NCBI GenBank assembly: GCA_027623195.1
Contig: JAQBUT010000029.1
Coordinates: forward strand, 1-31,259
Reading direction: 5' to 3'
Source: Chloroflexota bacterium
GTDB taxonomy: Bacteria; Chloroflexota; Dehalococcoidia; Lucifugimonadales; JADFKI01
Length of the DNA stretch: 31,259 bases
Shown: positions 9,215-19,423 of the stretch, piece after piece
Layout of the letters: each line of letters begins with the position of its first letter
Position numbering within the stretch: the stretch's first letter is position 1
The notes under the pieces: model-generated
The model's input: only the letters and a program-made list of their open reading frames with translations
Databases searched by the model: none
What the model was told of the DNA's origin: nothing
Position numbers and translations under genes: made by a program

Positions 9215-12112
9215 CTACATGGCGTCCGCGAGCAGCTCAACGAGGTGCTTTGCGGACTTGTCTGTCCCGTGCTGGATCTGCTGTCGACATGATATGCCCT
9301 CAGCTACCATTTCGAATTCACCCTCCTCGGCGCGTATGGCCGGGAATAGAGTCATCTCGCCTATACTCATGGACATATCATAGTGCTCCTTCTCCATGCC
9401 GAAAGAGCCTGCCATTCCGCAGCATCCCGTTTGAATCTCCCTGACAACACAGCCGGGTATCGAGTTTAGCACCTGCATCGCCGGGGCGGTTCCCACCAGC
9501 GCCTTCTGGTGACAATGGCCATGCAACAGCACCTTTTTGGGCGGTTTGGAGAACTCGATTTGTGCTCCCAATTTTTCTTGAGCGTACAGCACAAACTCCT
9601 CAATAAGCATGGTATTTTCAGACACTGCCTTGGCCCGCTCATTGCCCGCCAGAAGGTCTGGGTAGTCATCTTTGAAGCTGAGAATACAACTGGGTTCTAT
9701 ACCCACGAGCTTGGCGCCGTTTTGCACATACGGGTAAACGCTCTCCACGTTGGTCAATGCGGCTGATTTTGCCTTGTCCATCATGCCCTTGGACAGCATT
9801 GGGCGTCCGCAGCAGGTCACATTTGGCAAAACCACCTGAAAGCCCAGGCCCTCCAGGACCTTAGTAGCAGCCTTCCCCAGTTCCGGATGATTGTAGTTGG
9901 TAAAAGTATCCGGAAAGAGGACAACCTGTCCAAGCTTTGTGCTGGCCGCCGGTGAGCCGCCCCTTGCTTTGAACCACTGGGTAAAGCTCTGGCTGGCCAT
10001 CTGAGGAAGATCCCTTCGCCTGTCCACACCGGCGTACTTCTCCAGCAAGTCCTTAAACAGGCCGGTATTCATAGACCAGTTGGTCAACGGCGCAAAGAAA
10101 GAACCTAGCTTGCTCAGGCTGGCTATGTTGCCGAAAATACGATTTCTAAGCGGAAACCCGTTGGCCTTGTGATACTTGTCCAGGAACTCATATTTCAGTT
10201 TCGCCATGTCCACGTTAGAAGGACACTCGGCCTTGCAGCCTTTGCACTCCAGACAGAGGTCCATCACCCCGTACAATCGCTCGCCAGTGAGCGAACCCGC
10301 CGGTAGCGCGCCGGACATAGCGCCCCGCAGCGCGTTGGCCCGACCGCGAGTGGAGTGCTCCTCGTCACGGGTTACCATGTACGACGGGCACATGGTGCCG
10401 CCCAAAACTTTGCGGCAAGCGCCCTGCCCGTTGCACATCTCAATGGCGTGGGCAAAACTGCCTTCTTCGGAATAGTGGAAGCCCGTGGAAACAGGCATCG
10501 TGCTATAACCCGGCCCCAATCGCAGGTTCTCCGTCATGGGGGCGGAGTCTGTGATCTTGCCGGGGTTCATAATACCATCGGGGTCGAAGGCCTTCTTCAC
10601 CTCTCGGAACGCCTGGTAAAGCTGCCCCCCGAACATCTTCTCGTTAAACGGGCTTCGCACGAGACCGTCGCCATGCTCACCGCTAAGAGAGCCGCCGAAC
10701 TCCAACACCAGGTCGCTAATCTCCTCGGTGATGGATACCATTTTGCTTACGCCCTCAGGCTGCTTGATGTCGATAAGAGGCCGGATGTGAAGGCAGCCAA
10801 CGCTGGCGTGGCCGTAGTACCCGGCTTCCGTGCCGTGGGCCCGCACAATCTCATCGAATCGCTTCACGAACTGAGGCAGCTTTTCAGGAGAAACGGCTGT
10901 GTCCTCTACAAATGCCAAAGGCTTGGCGTCACCGGGGACGTTCATCATCAGACCCAGTCCGGCCTTTCGAACGTTCCACACCTTCGCCTGGTCTGCCGCG
11001 CTCTGTAGTCTCGGCATGGCGTACCCCATGCCACCGCGCTGCATACGGCCCTCCAGCACATCCAATTTTGAGATCAGCTCTGCTTCGGTTTCGCCTACCA
11101 GTTCCACCACTAACAGCGCCTCGGGTTGGCCGACTATGAAATCTGTCATGCGGGAGTACGCTAGATTCGACTGCGCCTGACGCAGGATCATGCTTCCGAT
11201 AAGCTCTACGGCGGCAGGTTCCATTTCCAATACGGCTACGGTAGCCTCCATAGATTCGATAAGGTCGTTGAAATGCAGAACGGATAGCGCGGTGAACTTG
11301 GGTTTGGGCACGAGCCTTAGCTTGGCCTCGGTAATGGTTACCAGCGTGCCTTCAGAACCGACGACGAACCGAGCCATGTTAAAGTCGCTACCGCCCACAA
11401 ACTCGTCCAGGTTGTAACCGGACACCCGGCGCTGAATCTTTGGATAGCGTGCCAAAATCTCGTCGCGGTTAGCTTCGCCCAGCGCAAAAAGCGTTTTGTA
11501 GATATCGCCTTCGAGCCCTTCAGCGCGCATTTTAACTTCAAGCTGCTCGCCATTCAGGGCTCCGAAATGAGCCGTTGCGCCATTGGACAGGACAACGTCA
11601 AGCTCTTGTACGTTATCCACGGTCTTGCCCCAGATTATGGAGTGGGCGCCACAGGAATTGTTGCCCACTGCGCCACCCACGTTGCCCCTGTTGCTAGTGC
11701 TGGGATCAGGTGCGAAAAGCATGTTCGTGGAGCTTATCTTGTGGTTTAGTTCGTCGAGGATGATGCCTGGTTGGGTCCTGACCCAGCCCTCTTCTTCGTT
11801 GACCTCAACAATGTTCCGCATGTACTTAGAGAAGTCCATGACGACGGCCTGTCCCACCGTTTGGCCTGCAAGACTGGTGCCGCCGCCCCTGGGGAGAACA
11901 GGAACGCCGTGTTTATTTGCTATCTCGACTACGGCGATTACGTCCTCTGCGTTCTTGGGCAGCACAACGCCGATGGGCTCTATCTGGTACATGCTGGCGT
12001 CGGTGCTGTAAAGCATCCGGGTCATCTTGTCGAATCTGACCTCGCCAGTTACGTGGCGTCCTAACTCTTCTACCAGTTCCCTGGTATCGGACTCCGCAGC
12101 CTTTGTAGCCAT
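9215..12112 (-). CDS. FAD-linked oxidase fused to 4Fe-4S dicluster and CCG domains (GlcD+GlcF/YdiJ-like 2-hydroxyacid dehydrogenase)
   Basis: PRGGGTSLAGQ FAD site, GHASVGCLH, SGEHGDG, CNGQGAC...MCPSY, CLECKGCKAECP, CCGRP, HGHCHQ, CCGMAGSFG. Confidence 0.9.
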   Translation of the reverse strand: MATKAAESDTRELVEELGRHVTGEVRFDKMTRMLYSTDASMYQIEPIGVVLPKNAEDVIAVVEIANKHGVPVLPRGGGTSLAGQTVGQAVVMDFSKYMRNIVEVNEEEGWVRTQPGIILDELNHKISSTNMLFAPDPSTSNRGNVGGAVGNNSCGAHSIIWGKTVDNVQELDVVLSNGATAHFGALNGEQLEVKMRAEGLEGDIYKTLFALGEANRDEILARYPKIQRRVSGYNLDEFVGGSDFNMARFVVGSEGTLVTITEAKLRLVPKPKFTALSVLHFNDLIESMEATVAVLEMEPAAVELIGSMILRQAQSNLAYSRMTDFIVGQPEALLVVELVGETEAELISKLDVLEGRMQRGGMGYAMPRLQSAADQAKVWNVRKAGLGLMMNVPGDAKPLAFVEDTAVSPEKLPQFVKRFDEIVRAHGTEAGYYGHASVGCLHIRPLIDIKQPEGVSKMVSITEEISDLVLEFGGSLSGEHGDGLVRSPFNEKMFGGQLYQAFREVKKAFDPDGIMNPGKITDSAPMTENLRLGPGYSTMPVSTGFHYSEEGSFAHAIEMCNGQGACRKVLGGTMCPSYMVTRDEEHSTRGRANALRGAMSGALPAGSLTGERLYGVMDLCLECKGCKAECPSNVDMAKLKYEFLDKYHKANGFPLRNRIFGNIASLSKLGSFFAPLTNWSMNTGLFKDLLEKYAGVDRRRDLPQMASQSFTQWFKARGGSPAASTKLGQVVLFPDTFTNYNHPELGKAATKVLEGLGFQVVLPNVTCCGRPMLSKGMMDKAKSAALTNVESVYPYVQNGAKLVGIEPSCILSFKDDYPDLLAGNERAKAVSENTMLIEEFVLYAQEKLGAQIEFSKPPKKVLLHGHCHQKALVGTAPAMQVLNSIPGCVVREIQTGCCGMAGSFGMEKEHYDMSMSIGEMTLFPAIRAEEGEFEMVAEGISCRQQIQHGTDKSAKHLVELLADAM

Positions 12113-12278
12113 AAATCTCCTCTGCCTCGAACAGGCAATGCGTTCCTATTTGAAGTCAATGAATAGGATATATCGTTTGGGCAGGAGATTCAAAGCAAGT
12201 TAGCCGTTACATTTATGAACGCAATTGTGTAGGACGTGCAGGTCTATGTTGAGTATTCGAAGGAGCAACAGGCCCCTG

Positions 12279-12626
12279 CTATGCGGGCGCCGTGGAAGCT
12301 TGATTGAGCTCCCGCTGAGTAAGGAACCAGACTGCCGGCATAAAGAATATCCACAGGATAAACAAAAGAAATTTGGGGAACTTATCGCCACTGAATTGAG
12401 CAGCCTCTCCGCAGTAATGCCAGGCTGCGAAAAAGTTAGCTATAGGTATAAATAGCAGCAGCACCCACAGGCCGGAGCTGGCACCATGATCGTTCGCGAT
12501 GTGAAGTTCCCTCAGCGTCACGTAAAACCAGTAAATTTGATACAACCCAATGGTGATTACAGTAAGGCCAAATTGGGCCCACATGTTCCGGCGTTTAATA
12601 TGATCAGATTTCATGATCTCCCCCAT
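12279..12626 (-). CDS. DUF4234-like small membrane protein
   Basis: KRRN...LTVITIGLY.IYWFY...EL and C-terminal Q.ELN typical of the family; about 3 TM segments. Confidence 0.7.
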   Translation of the reverse strand: MGEIMKSDHIKRRNMWAQFGLTVITIGLYQIYWFYVTLRELHIANDHGASSGLWVLLLFIPIANFFAAWHYCGEAAQFSGDKFPKFLLFILWIFFMPAVWFLTQRELNQASTAPA

Positions 12627-12710
12627 CTAAAGTTGCGTTAAATCCACCTGTTAAACCTACCCTGCAACTTATCATGGTGGTGGGCACGATTATACGAGGA
12701 ATACGTTGTA

Positions 12711-12728
12711 TCCAATTTGAAAATTGGA
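12711..12728. promoter_or_regulatory. Perfect inverted repeat TCCAATTT-GA-AAATTGGA, candidate operator
   Basis: 8-bp perfect arms; lies just upstream of a perfect minus-strand TATAAT (12694-12689) in front of the DUF4234-like gene. Confidence 0.4.
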
Positions 12729-12776
12729 CGATCCAGGCCAGGTTTTGAAAGCTAAGTCGCAGAATCCAACATACGG

Positions 12777-13998
12777 TTATGGCCTTTCACTTGTCCCTCC
12801 GTTGAAAATGTACGTGACCCGGCGCCAGTTCATAATCACCAGCACGCCACTCAAAGCGAAGAAGGCGTAAGCGAAATACAGCCTTGAAAGTGTATCGGTG
12901 AAGAAGAGATGAGCAAGGAACAACACCAGGAGTATACCGCCTGCCTTCCAGGTGATTATCCTTGGGGCAATCAGAAGAATGGCAAAAACAGACATGGCGG
13001 TTGTCAACAAGAACTCAATAGACTGCCTGTCGTCCAACGGGAAGGATAACGGCTGACCCGGTGAAGCAATGCTGAATATCACGACCATACTGCCAATCAG
13101 CAACGTGAGCTGATTGACCTCTGAGGATATCAACGCGGTCAGTCCTGCGACGGGGTTCGCCCGCAGACTGAACAGAATTGCGACGATTATCTCCGGCGAT
13201 TCCGATGCAAGGGGAGCTAACCATTGGATGAGAATGAACTCGTCTATACCGAGGCTCCCCCCGGTGTGTACCAGGCTTTCCACAAATGGCTCGGCAGCCA
13301 CCAGGATTATGGCAGCCGAGTATATGAACAGAAATATCACCCAGGCCCGCCTATGAGTCGTTCCCAAAGAGCCCAACAACGCCGCAGCCCCAACTAACTC
13401 TGGCTCCTCCGATTCTCTGAACGAGCTAGCCCACAGGTAAAACAGGTAAAGGCCAATTAGCGCCACCGCAAGAAAGAGATGCACCTGTTGAGTGAAGAAT
13501 ATAATCAAAGACAGAAGAGTGGCTATCGCCAAAACAGGGAGTTCCAACGCCATGAAACCCCGCATGTCCAAGGGCTGCTTGCGCTTGAGCCAGTAGATAA
13601 GAATCACCAGCGACCAACCCAGGCCAATAAGAAGCCTGTTGGCCCCCCGTGACGTTTGCCGCAACCCGAGCCATCTCGTCGGTCACAACCGGCAATTCAG
13701 GATTAAAGGATGCACCCGCTTGCATCGCCAGGACAGCCTCAATGGCGTATTCAGGGAGTATGGCAATCAGGGCAAGAACGGCGATTGCAAGAGACGCTGA
13801 TATGTCCATCTGCGCAACCTCGGCCGCCCACGACAGCAGGAAGGCCCCGCCCACAATACCTATGCCGAAAATCAGAGCAGCCAATGGCGCAGGTATGTCT
13901 AGCCCAGAGAATCTCAAGATCACCGCAGGAAAACCAGTGGCGATAAATAACGCTACCCATACCCAAAGCTTGTGATGTCCCCGCGTTTCTAGCGCCAA
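12777..13998 (-). pseudogene. Ca2+/cation (CaCA, Na+/Ca2+-type) antiporter split by a +1 frameshift
   Basis: Alpha-1 repeat AILPEYA...AANVTG continues as ANRLLIG in another frame; one extra G in a G6 run (13643-13648); alpha-2 repeat PLASESPE...SSEVNQ; removing one G gives a 406-aa ORF. Confidence 0.85.
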
Positions 13999-14122
13999 CT
14001 GCGTCTCCTCAAAATATCTAATCGATTCCCATGTGCACGTACAAGTCTAATTGTAATCCCCCTGCCGATTCCAGAAGCTTATGAACCCATTTAGAGGGCG
14101 AATATGAAAAAAAGGCAAAAGA

Positions 14123-14146
14123 GAAGACCCGCTCTCGCGGGCCTTC
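14123..14146 (-). terminator. Probable intrinsic terminator after greA
   Basis: GAAGaCCCGC-tctc-GCGGGcCTTC stem followed on the minus strand by T-rich tracts. Confidence 0.55.
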
Positions 14147-14174
14147 ATGAGATCTCTAAATTACAGGCCGTTGT

Positions 14175-14990
14175 CTACGAAACTTTGACAACGCTGAAAC
14201 GAATCAATCCTCTGGGCGTTTGGACAACTATCTCATCACCTGCGGACTTGCCAACCAGTGCCTTGCCTAGCGGCGAAACATCGGAGATTCTCGCCTCCAT
14301 GGGATTGGTTTCCGTTCGTCCTACCAGCGTGTAGCTGGCCTGGCGACCCGTCTCCATGTCCTTGACCGACACCTTGGCTCCGATGTTTACGATTTTGGAC
14401 TTCTTTCGCTTGGAGGTATCAACAACCACGGCCTTCTTGAGCGTGTCTTCTATTTCCCGTATCCTTGCTTCCACCAGCCCAAGCTGCTCCCGCGCTGCCT
14501 CCAACGGGGCGTTTTCCCGAACGTCTTTGTCTGCTGCAGCCTTTTGGATCTGCAATGCCAATGGCTGACGTTCAGACTTCAAGGATTCTACCTGCGTCAC
14601 TAGCTTAGAGTGACCTTCAGCCGTTAATTCGAAGGCATCGACGTCGGCTTTGGCTTCGCCAAGAAGACGGCTTTTGCTTTTTCGGATTCTAACGTGCTGT
14701 GCAAGGTTCACCTGAATGAGACCTTGCTTGCGGGCGTAGGATAGAAAGCCTCTAATCACCTGTAGGCGCTCCGTAGCCAAGGGTGTTGTGCCTGTGCCAC
14801 CGACCTGCTCGGCGTAATCGCCTATCTCCGATGGCTTAATTCCCATCAAGGTCCTTCCACCACCACACCATTGCACAAACTTGAAAAGTTCCCTATGTAC
14901 GCTGTCGTCGCTTTCTTTCGTTTTAAAGCTTTCTACGTAGATACCCACCGCTTCATTAAGGGTTCTGGTCTCCCCGGTTTCTAAAGTCAA
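14175..14990 (-). CDS. greA: Transcription elongation factor GreA with N-terminal integrase core-binding(SAM)-like extension
   Basis: LTAEG..KL..E, acidic finger DVRENA, ISDVSPLGKALVGK..GD.I.VQTP.G; about 115-aa N-terminal extension ending RGFLSYARKQGLIQVN; TTG start after AGGAGA. Confidence 0.88.
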   Translation of the reverse strand: MTLETGETRTLNEAVGIYVESFKTKESDDSVHRELFKFVQWCGGGRTLMGIKPSEIGDYAEQVGGTGTTPLATERLQVIRGFLSYARKQGLIQVNLAQHVRIRKSKSRLLGEAKADVDAFELTAEGHSKLVTQVESLKSERQPLALQIQKAAADKDVRENAPLEAAREQLGLVEARIREIEDTLKKAVVVDTSKRKKSKIVNIGAKVSVKDMETGRQASYTLVGRTETNPMEARISDVSPLGKALVGKSAGDEIVVQTPRGLIRFSVVKVS

Positions 14991-15169
14991 AATGCCATCT
15001 CCTGTTGAAGCTAGTCAATAGTTATGGTAATGAAAATCACGGACATCTGTCAATGTGGCGGGGGCTTTTCAGAGCGTTTTCTGAGTGCTCATGCACAGAA
15101 AAACGCGGCCCCAGACTGCGTTATGCAGATGGGAACCGCGCTAATACCGTGCCTTATCTTCAAAGGAGC

Positions 15170-15610
15170 CTAGATGGCTACGCCATAACGCCTCTTCTTG
15201 ATAGCCAAGTTAACGAAAGTCTCCAGCCGACGGACACCAGGCGTAACACCTACCTTGGTGCGAAGGAACACACTAAGTTCCTCGGAGGATTTGAGGGTTG
15301 CCCACGCGAAAATATCGAAGGAGCCGGTGGTAATAGAAACCCAATTAATCTCATCCATGTTAGCCAGAGCATCTGACACGGCATCGACCTTGTCAGCGTC
15401 CACTTGCACGCCAATGAGTACTTCTGATTCGTACCCCAGTTTCACCGGGTCAGGTAATGCCACCACTTTGATGTATTCTTCTTGCACCAAGCGCTTAAGC
15501 CGTCGCCTGACTGTCTCCTCACTTACCCCCACCTGCCGTGCTATCCCGGCATTTGTGGCGGTCCCATCATCCTGAAGTAACGATATGATCCTGATATCTA
15601 GTTTATCCAT
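15170..15610 (-). CDS. Lrp/AsnC-family transcriptional regulator
   Basis: MDKLDIRIISLLQDDG...IA..VGVSE.TVRRRLKRL HTH; ITTGSFD RAM domain. Confidence 0.92.
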   Translation of the reverse strand: MDKLDIRIISLLQDDGTATNAGIARQVGVSEETVRRRLKRLVQEEYIKVVALPDPVKLGYESEVLIGVQVDADKVDAVSDALANMDEINWVSITTGSFDIFAWATLKSSEELSVFLRTKVGVTPGVRRLETFVNLAIKKRRYGVAI

Positions 15611-15859
15611 TTGTCCTTTCCCAATTAAAAATGGTATCTAACATAAAATGCAATTATACCAATACGGAGTCAGTTACCAATATGCTATTTTATGCCTGTA
15701 CTCACTCAATATTTCCAACTTTACCATTATTACATAAATCCTTTGGGACTTCAAACAAGTTAATCGTGCAATCAACCCCAAGCTGAACAAATCGCCATTT
15801 AATAAGGTATTGGGTGCTGGATTATCCGGGTAATAGCGCGTCAAACAAATGAACAGTCA

Positions 15860-15883
15860 ACGCAGGTTTCACGCAGGTTTCAC
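15860..15883. promoter_or_regulatory. Perfect 11-bp tandem repeat ACGCAGGTTTC x2, candidate OmpR/GlnR-type box
   Basis: Minus strand reads GAAAC-N6-GAAAC-N6-TGAC; lies in the divergent intergenic region upstream of the Lrp gene. Confidence 0.45.
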
Positions 15884-16051
15884 AATTATTCACTCCGATG
15901 TCCCCTGGCATGTATAGAAAATCCCCCTGGCTTTTCCCCTGGCACTGCTACCTTTAGCCTAGAGGTCATACCCATACCACCTTGGCTGACGATGTTTCCA
16001 GCGACAAAAGGTTGGGCGGGGCACGAACCTGGTCTATTAGGAGTTAACGAA

Positions 16052-16279
16052 TTGTCGTCTTCCACCTCTACGGATCGGATTGAACAGTTTTTTCATCACT
16101 TGGCCATTCTAAAGGAGTACGCCAAGAGAGTTATAGTCACTAGCAACCCGCTTACTCCAGATGAAGAGAAAGATAGGGCTGATCGCATCCATGAATTTCT
16201 GAATATCGGTTACTCTTTCGATCTGACCGAAAAAGAGATGGTAACTATTCTTTACAGGGAACTATTCACGGTCGCATAG
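16052..16279 (+). CDS. Hypothetical protein (75 aa, helical)
   Basis: AGGAG Shine-Dalgarno before TTG at 16052 (ORF track starts at 15992); protein-like composition. Confidence 0.6.
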   Translation: MSSSTSTDRIEQFFHHLAILKEYAKRVIVTSNPLTPDEEKDRADRIHEFLNIGYSFDLTEKEMVTILYRELFTVA

Positions 16280-16535
16280 AGTCTCAGGCTGTCGAGTTTC
16301 TGACTACATCCCCTGCATTTCGGCTACAAATATAACCGCCACTTGCGTGATGGGCTGCCAAATGCGCCCCATTCCCCGATTAATAACCATCCAAGCTAAC
16401 TGAACGCCAGATCTCATCCTCCCACACGCCTGGCGCATAGCCCTCGGATATCCAGGCTCCTCCCAAATCGATTTGTGCTTACCGCCCCCTTGAGATATCC
16501 TATTCGTATTACAACGATTATTCCCAAAATAGGAT

Positions 16536-16895
16536 ATGAATATGCCAGAAGCCCAAGCTGTTGAGTATATAGGCTCCCTGGTTCTGCCAGGCGAGCAAGA
16601 GTCCCGGAAGGTCTCCATTTCCTTGAATATCCCCAATGAAACTGTGCAGGTGCGGTTCGCGGAGCCTGTCGATGGGGAAAGCGATTGGAGCGGCTCCGAC
16701 GTAAAGTTAGCGCGCCGACTCAAGTACAACGAGGCGGTGTTTTCCACTACAGGACTACCCATGGACCCTGTGAAGATGACGTGGAAATTCAACGCCAGCA
16801 TCGTAGACGGCTCCCTGGCAGGCGTTATTATCCCCAGGCCCAACACCATGAGGGTCACAGGGGAGCGCGGGTTTATACTTAACAAGGTTTCTTAA
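16536..16895 (+). CDS. Hypothetical protein (beta-rich)
   Basis: 119-aa ORF with alternating hydrophobic beta pattern; TAGGA precedes the ATGs. Confidence 0.65.
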   Translation: MNMPEAQAVEYIGSLVLPGEQESRKVSISLNIPNETVQVRFAEPVDGESDWSGSDVKLARRLKYNEAVFSTTGLPMDPVKMTWKFNASIVDGSLAGVIIPRPNTMRVTGERGFILNKVS

Positions 16896-17184
16896 GTCCT
16901 ACTCCGCACCTACGTCTCAGGTAATGCCAGATTACGCTTCAAATTAGGCCTTGCGGTGGCACTGTTTTAATGTGCCACCATGGGCCACGCGATCCTTCAC
17001 GACTGCCCCCCCAAGGTCTCAAGCAACCCGACCCCCTAACATCTCAACCGCAGGCTATCTGTGGTATTCTTGCCGCTCGTCTTCACGTTTCTTGCAACTG
17101 CATTTAGTTACCGGATGACCAATTCGGTGTAGCTATTGGCTGTAAAGGGCGCTAACGCCCCAAGCTGTTCCTCAAAGCCGAGCG

Positions 17185-18144
17185 ATGACTAGCAAGCCAA
17201 ACTATTTCGAAATTCTGGAAATCGGACTGGACGCCAGCGCAGAAGAGATTCGCAAGGCCTACTTGGACAAGGCTCGAAAATTTCATCCTGATGCTTTGCG
17301 CAACGGGGCCGCCATTAATGCTGGGGCGTCGGACGAGAGGATGAAGGCTATAAACCTTGCGTACGAGGTCCTTAGAGACGCAGAAAAGAGACAGGCATAT
17401 CAGAGGTCGCTGCATGGCTCCAGTGTAGCCCCTGCGCCTGTTGTAGAGGGCGTGGGGGTAAACATCGGCAACGCAACCCCGAACGTGAAATATAGCGGGT
17501 ACTTCATCATAAGAAACCTGGGGGGACAGTACAGGAAACTCAAGGTAACTCCCAGCGCCGCCTGGATAAAGGTGACGTCTCTGAGACCCCTAACCGCCGA
17601 GAGCCAGCTTCCTCTTCGAGTCGAAATCGAGATGAGCGTGGACCAGTGGGCCAACACGTACCAGGAAGTCCTGACCGTTAGCCTGGACGAAACTTCCACG
17701 ACTGCTGCCGTGGTTTTGCAAACGCGTCCAATACCTCGGCAATCTGCGGAGCCCGCCCACCCCGGCACTGGCGGTAACGATGACCACGCCGAGCGACGGG
17801 AGAGGGCCGTCTCCCCTGCCTCACCTCCAACAACGAGAGGTCGTTCTCCGTTTGGCAAAACCATGAACCAGAGGCCAGACAGATTTGTGTACACGCAATT
17901 GGGCAAGTTTATCGGCGCGGCGTCTTCAGGGATTGTGGCTTTGGTTGCAACCGTCTGGGTAGCAGGGCAAGGGGCCGAAGCGTTGAGCACCTGGCCGACC
18001 CTGGGCGTGACTTTTGGAATACTGAGCGGCGTTTACATGGGCTTCATTGTCATACCCGTCGCCGTAGTCGTTGGCTTCGGTTTGGGCTGGTTGGCTGGAT
18101 TCGGAGTATGGTCTATCCGCAAGCTTATAGACGACATCACCTAA
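17185..18144 (+). CDS. J-domain (DnaJ class C) membrane protein
   Basis: NYFEILEI...AS.EEIRKAY...A.KFHPD...INLAYEVL.D..KR.AY; central Ig/BACON-like beta region, Pro-rich linker, about 2 C-terminal TM helices. Confidence 0.85.
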   Translation: MTSKPNYFEILEIGLDASAEEIRKAYLDKARKFHPDALRNGAAINAGASDERMKAINLAYEVLRDAEKRQAYQRSLHGSSVAPAPVVEGVGVNIGNATPNVKYSGYFIIRNLGGQYRKLKVTPSAAWIKVTSLRPLTAESQLPLRVEIEMSVDQWANTYQEVLTVSLDETSTTAAVVLQTRPIPRQSAEPAHPGTGGNDDHAERRERAVSPASPPTTRGRSPFGKTMNQRPDRFVYTQLGKFIGAASSGIVALVATVWVAGQGAEALSTWPTLGVTFGILSGVYMGFIVIPVAVVVGFGLGWLAGFGVWSIRKLIDDIT

Positions 18145-18247
18145 ATAAAGGCCCACAGCAAAGGGCATAGCCCAGCAAATCCTACTGATGCAATAGCCTT
18201 TAAATCAGACCCACAAGGGCGTTCGTCGACCCGATTCTAAAAGGCCG

Positions 18248-19423
18248 TCACATCGTCCCAGCTCTAAGGGGCGCACTCTCCTGATGCAGGTATTGCAGAA
18301 TTTCTTTTTGCGACCCCATGACGCCAGTCTCGTGGTAAGGAATGGAGTGCTTGTCGCAAACGAATTTGACTATAACCTGCGCTTCTTTCAACTTGTTGCG
18401 TGACATGCTCGGAAACAGATGATGCTCTATCTGGAAATTTAGTCCACCGTACCAGAATGTGGTCAAAATACCCGGCTTCACGTTCCTGGAAGTGAGCACC
18501 TGCCGTCGAAGGAAGTCCAGGTCATCATCGTCGTCCACCATCAACATTCCTTTATGATTCGGAGCGAAGACGGACCCCATGATTAGGCCGAACATCGCCT
18601 GATGGATTATGAAGAAGTACAGCACCTGCCATCCGTCCAGGAAGTAAAAGAGCAGCCCAAAGTAAGCGACGAAATGGCCAACCATAAGAAGCGGTTCAAC
18701 TATTTGGAACTTGACCTTGTGCGTCGCCATGTACTGGAATCCGGCCAACCTAAGCCCCAACCCTTCCAGAAGAAGCATGGGGAAAAACAGGAATGCCTGG
18801 TATTTAACGATAAGCCTGAAGATGCCCTTTTTCTTTAGAGCCTGTTCCTTGGTGAAGGCCAACACCGGGAAATCTGCGTCGGGGTCCAGAAGTACATGGT
18901 TGGGATTATTGTGATGGCGGTTATGCTTATCGAGCCACCAAGAACGCTCTAGCGCTGCCAGGAAGCTAATCACGAGACTCAGGATTTCGTTATTGCGCGC
19001 GGAATGAAATACTTGCCTGTGACCTGAGTCGTGGCCAATGAAGCCAACCTGAGCAAATACCAAGGCCAGAAAGCCTGCATTGGCGTACTGAACCCACATG
19101 TTATCCACCAGGGCAAGGATTGAAATGCTAATAGCCAAAAGAGCAAATGTGGAAACTATTTTTAAGGAATAATATACGGGCTGTTTGTCCATGAGGCCGC
19201 TCTGTTTAACCAGTTCCCTGACTTCTGCGTACTCATTTATCTCTTGCCTTTTTGACTTCCCCGAAAGCTGAAACGGGGCGCCATCTAAAACTGCAACTTG
19301 TAAATCAGGGGCTGGGTCAACGACCTGGACACCTGACGCATTTTCATCGTCTATGACAGACCTCCTGGGAGGAACTAATTTGTATTCGCTTGCTAAAGTA
19401 ACATGTATTGGCAGCCCTGCCAA
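18248..19423 (-). CDS. Membrane fatty acid (acyl-CoA) desaturase, front-end-like
   Basis: His boxes HDSGH, HNRHH and QIEHHLFP; GGLNFQ; no cytochrome b5 domain; true start possibly downstream of 19423. Confidence 0.9.
   Translation of the reverse strand: MAGLPIHVTLASEYKLVPPRRSVIDDENASGVQVVDPAPDLQVAVLDGAPFQLSGKSKRQEINEYAEVRELVKQSGLMDKQPVYYSLKIVSTFALLAISISILALVDNMWVQYANAGFLALVFAQVGFIGHDSGHRQVFHSARNNEILSLVISFLAALERSWWLDKHNRHHNNPNHVLLDPDADFPVLAFTKEQALKKKGIFRLIVKYQAFLFFPMLLLEGLGLRLAGFQYMATHKVKFQIVEPLLMVGHFVAYFGLLFYFLDGWQVLYFFIIHQAMFGLIMGSVFAPNHKGMLMVDDDDDLDFLRRQVLTSRNVKPGILTTFWYGGLNFQIEHHLFPSMSRNKLKEAQVIVKFVCDKHSIPYHETGVMGSQKEILQYLHQESAPLRAGTM

Noticed and set aside
16304..16885. 193-aa minus-strand ORF and other long antisense/overlapping ORFs in the track
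   Set aside because: Shadow ORFs of well-supported genes on the opposite strand; no motifs
16955..16979. CIRCE element upstream of the J-domain gene
   Set aside because: Arms and spacing do not fit TTAGCACTC-N9-GAGTGCTAA
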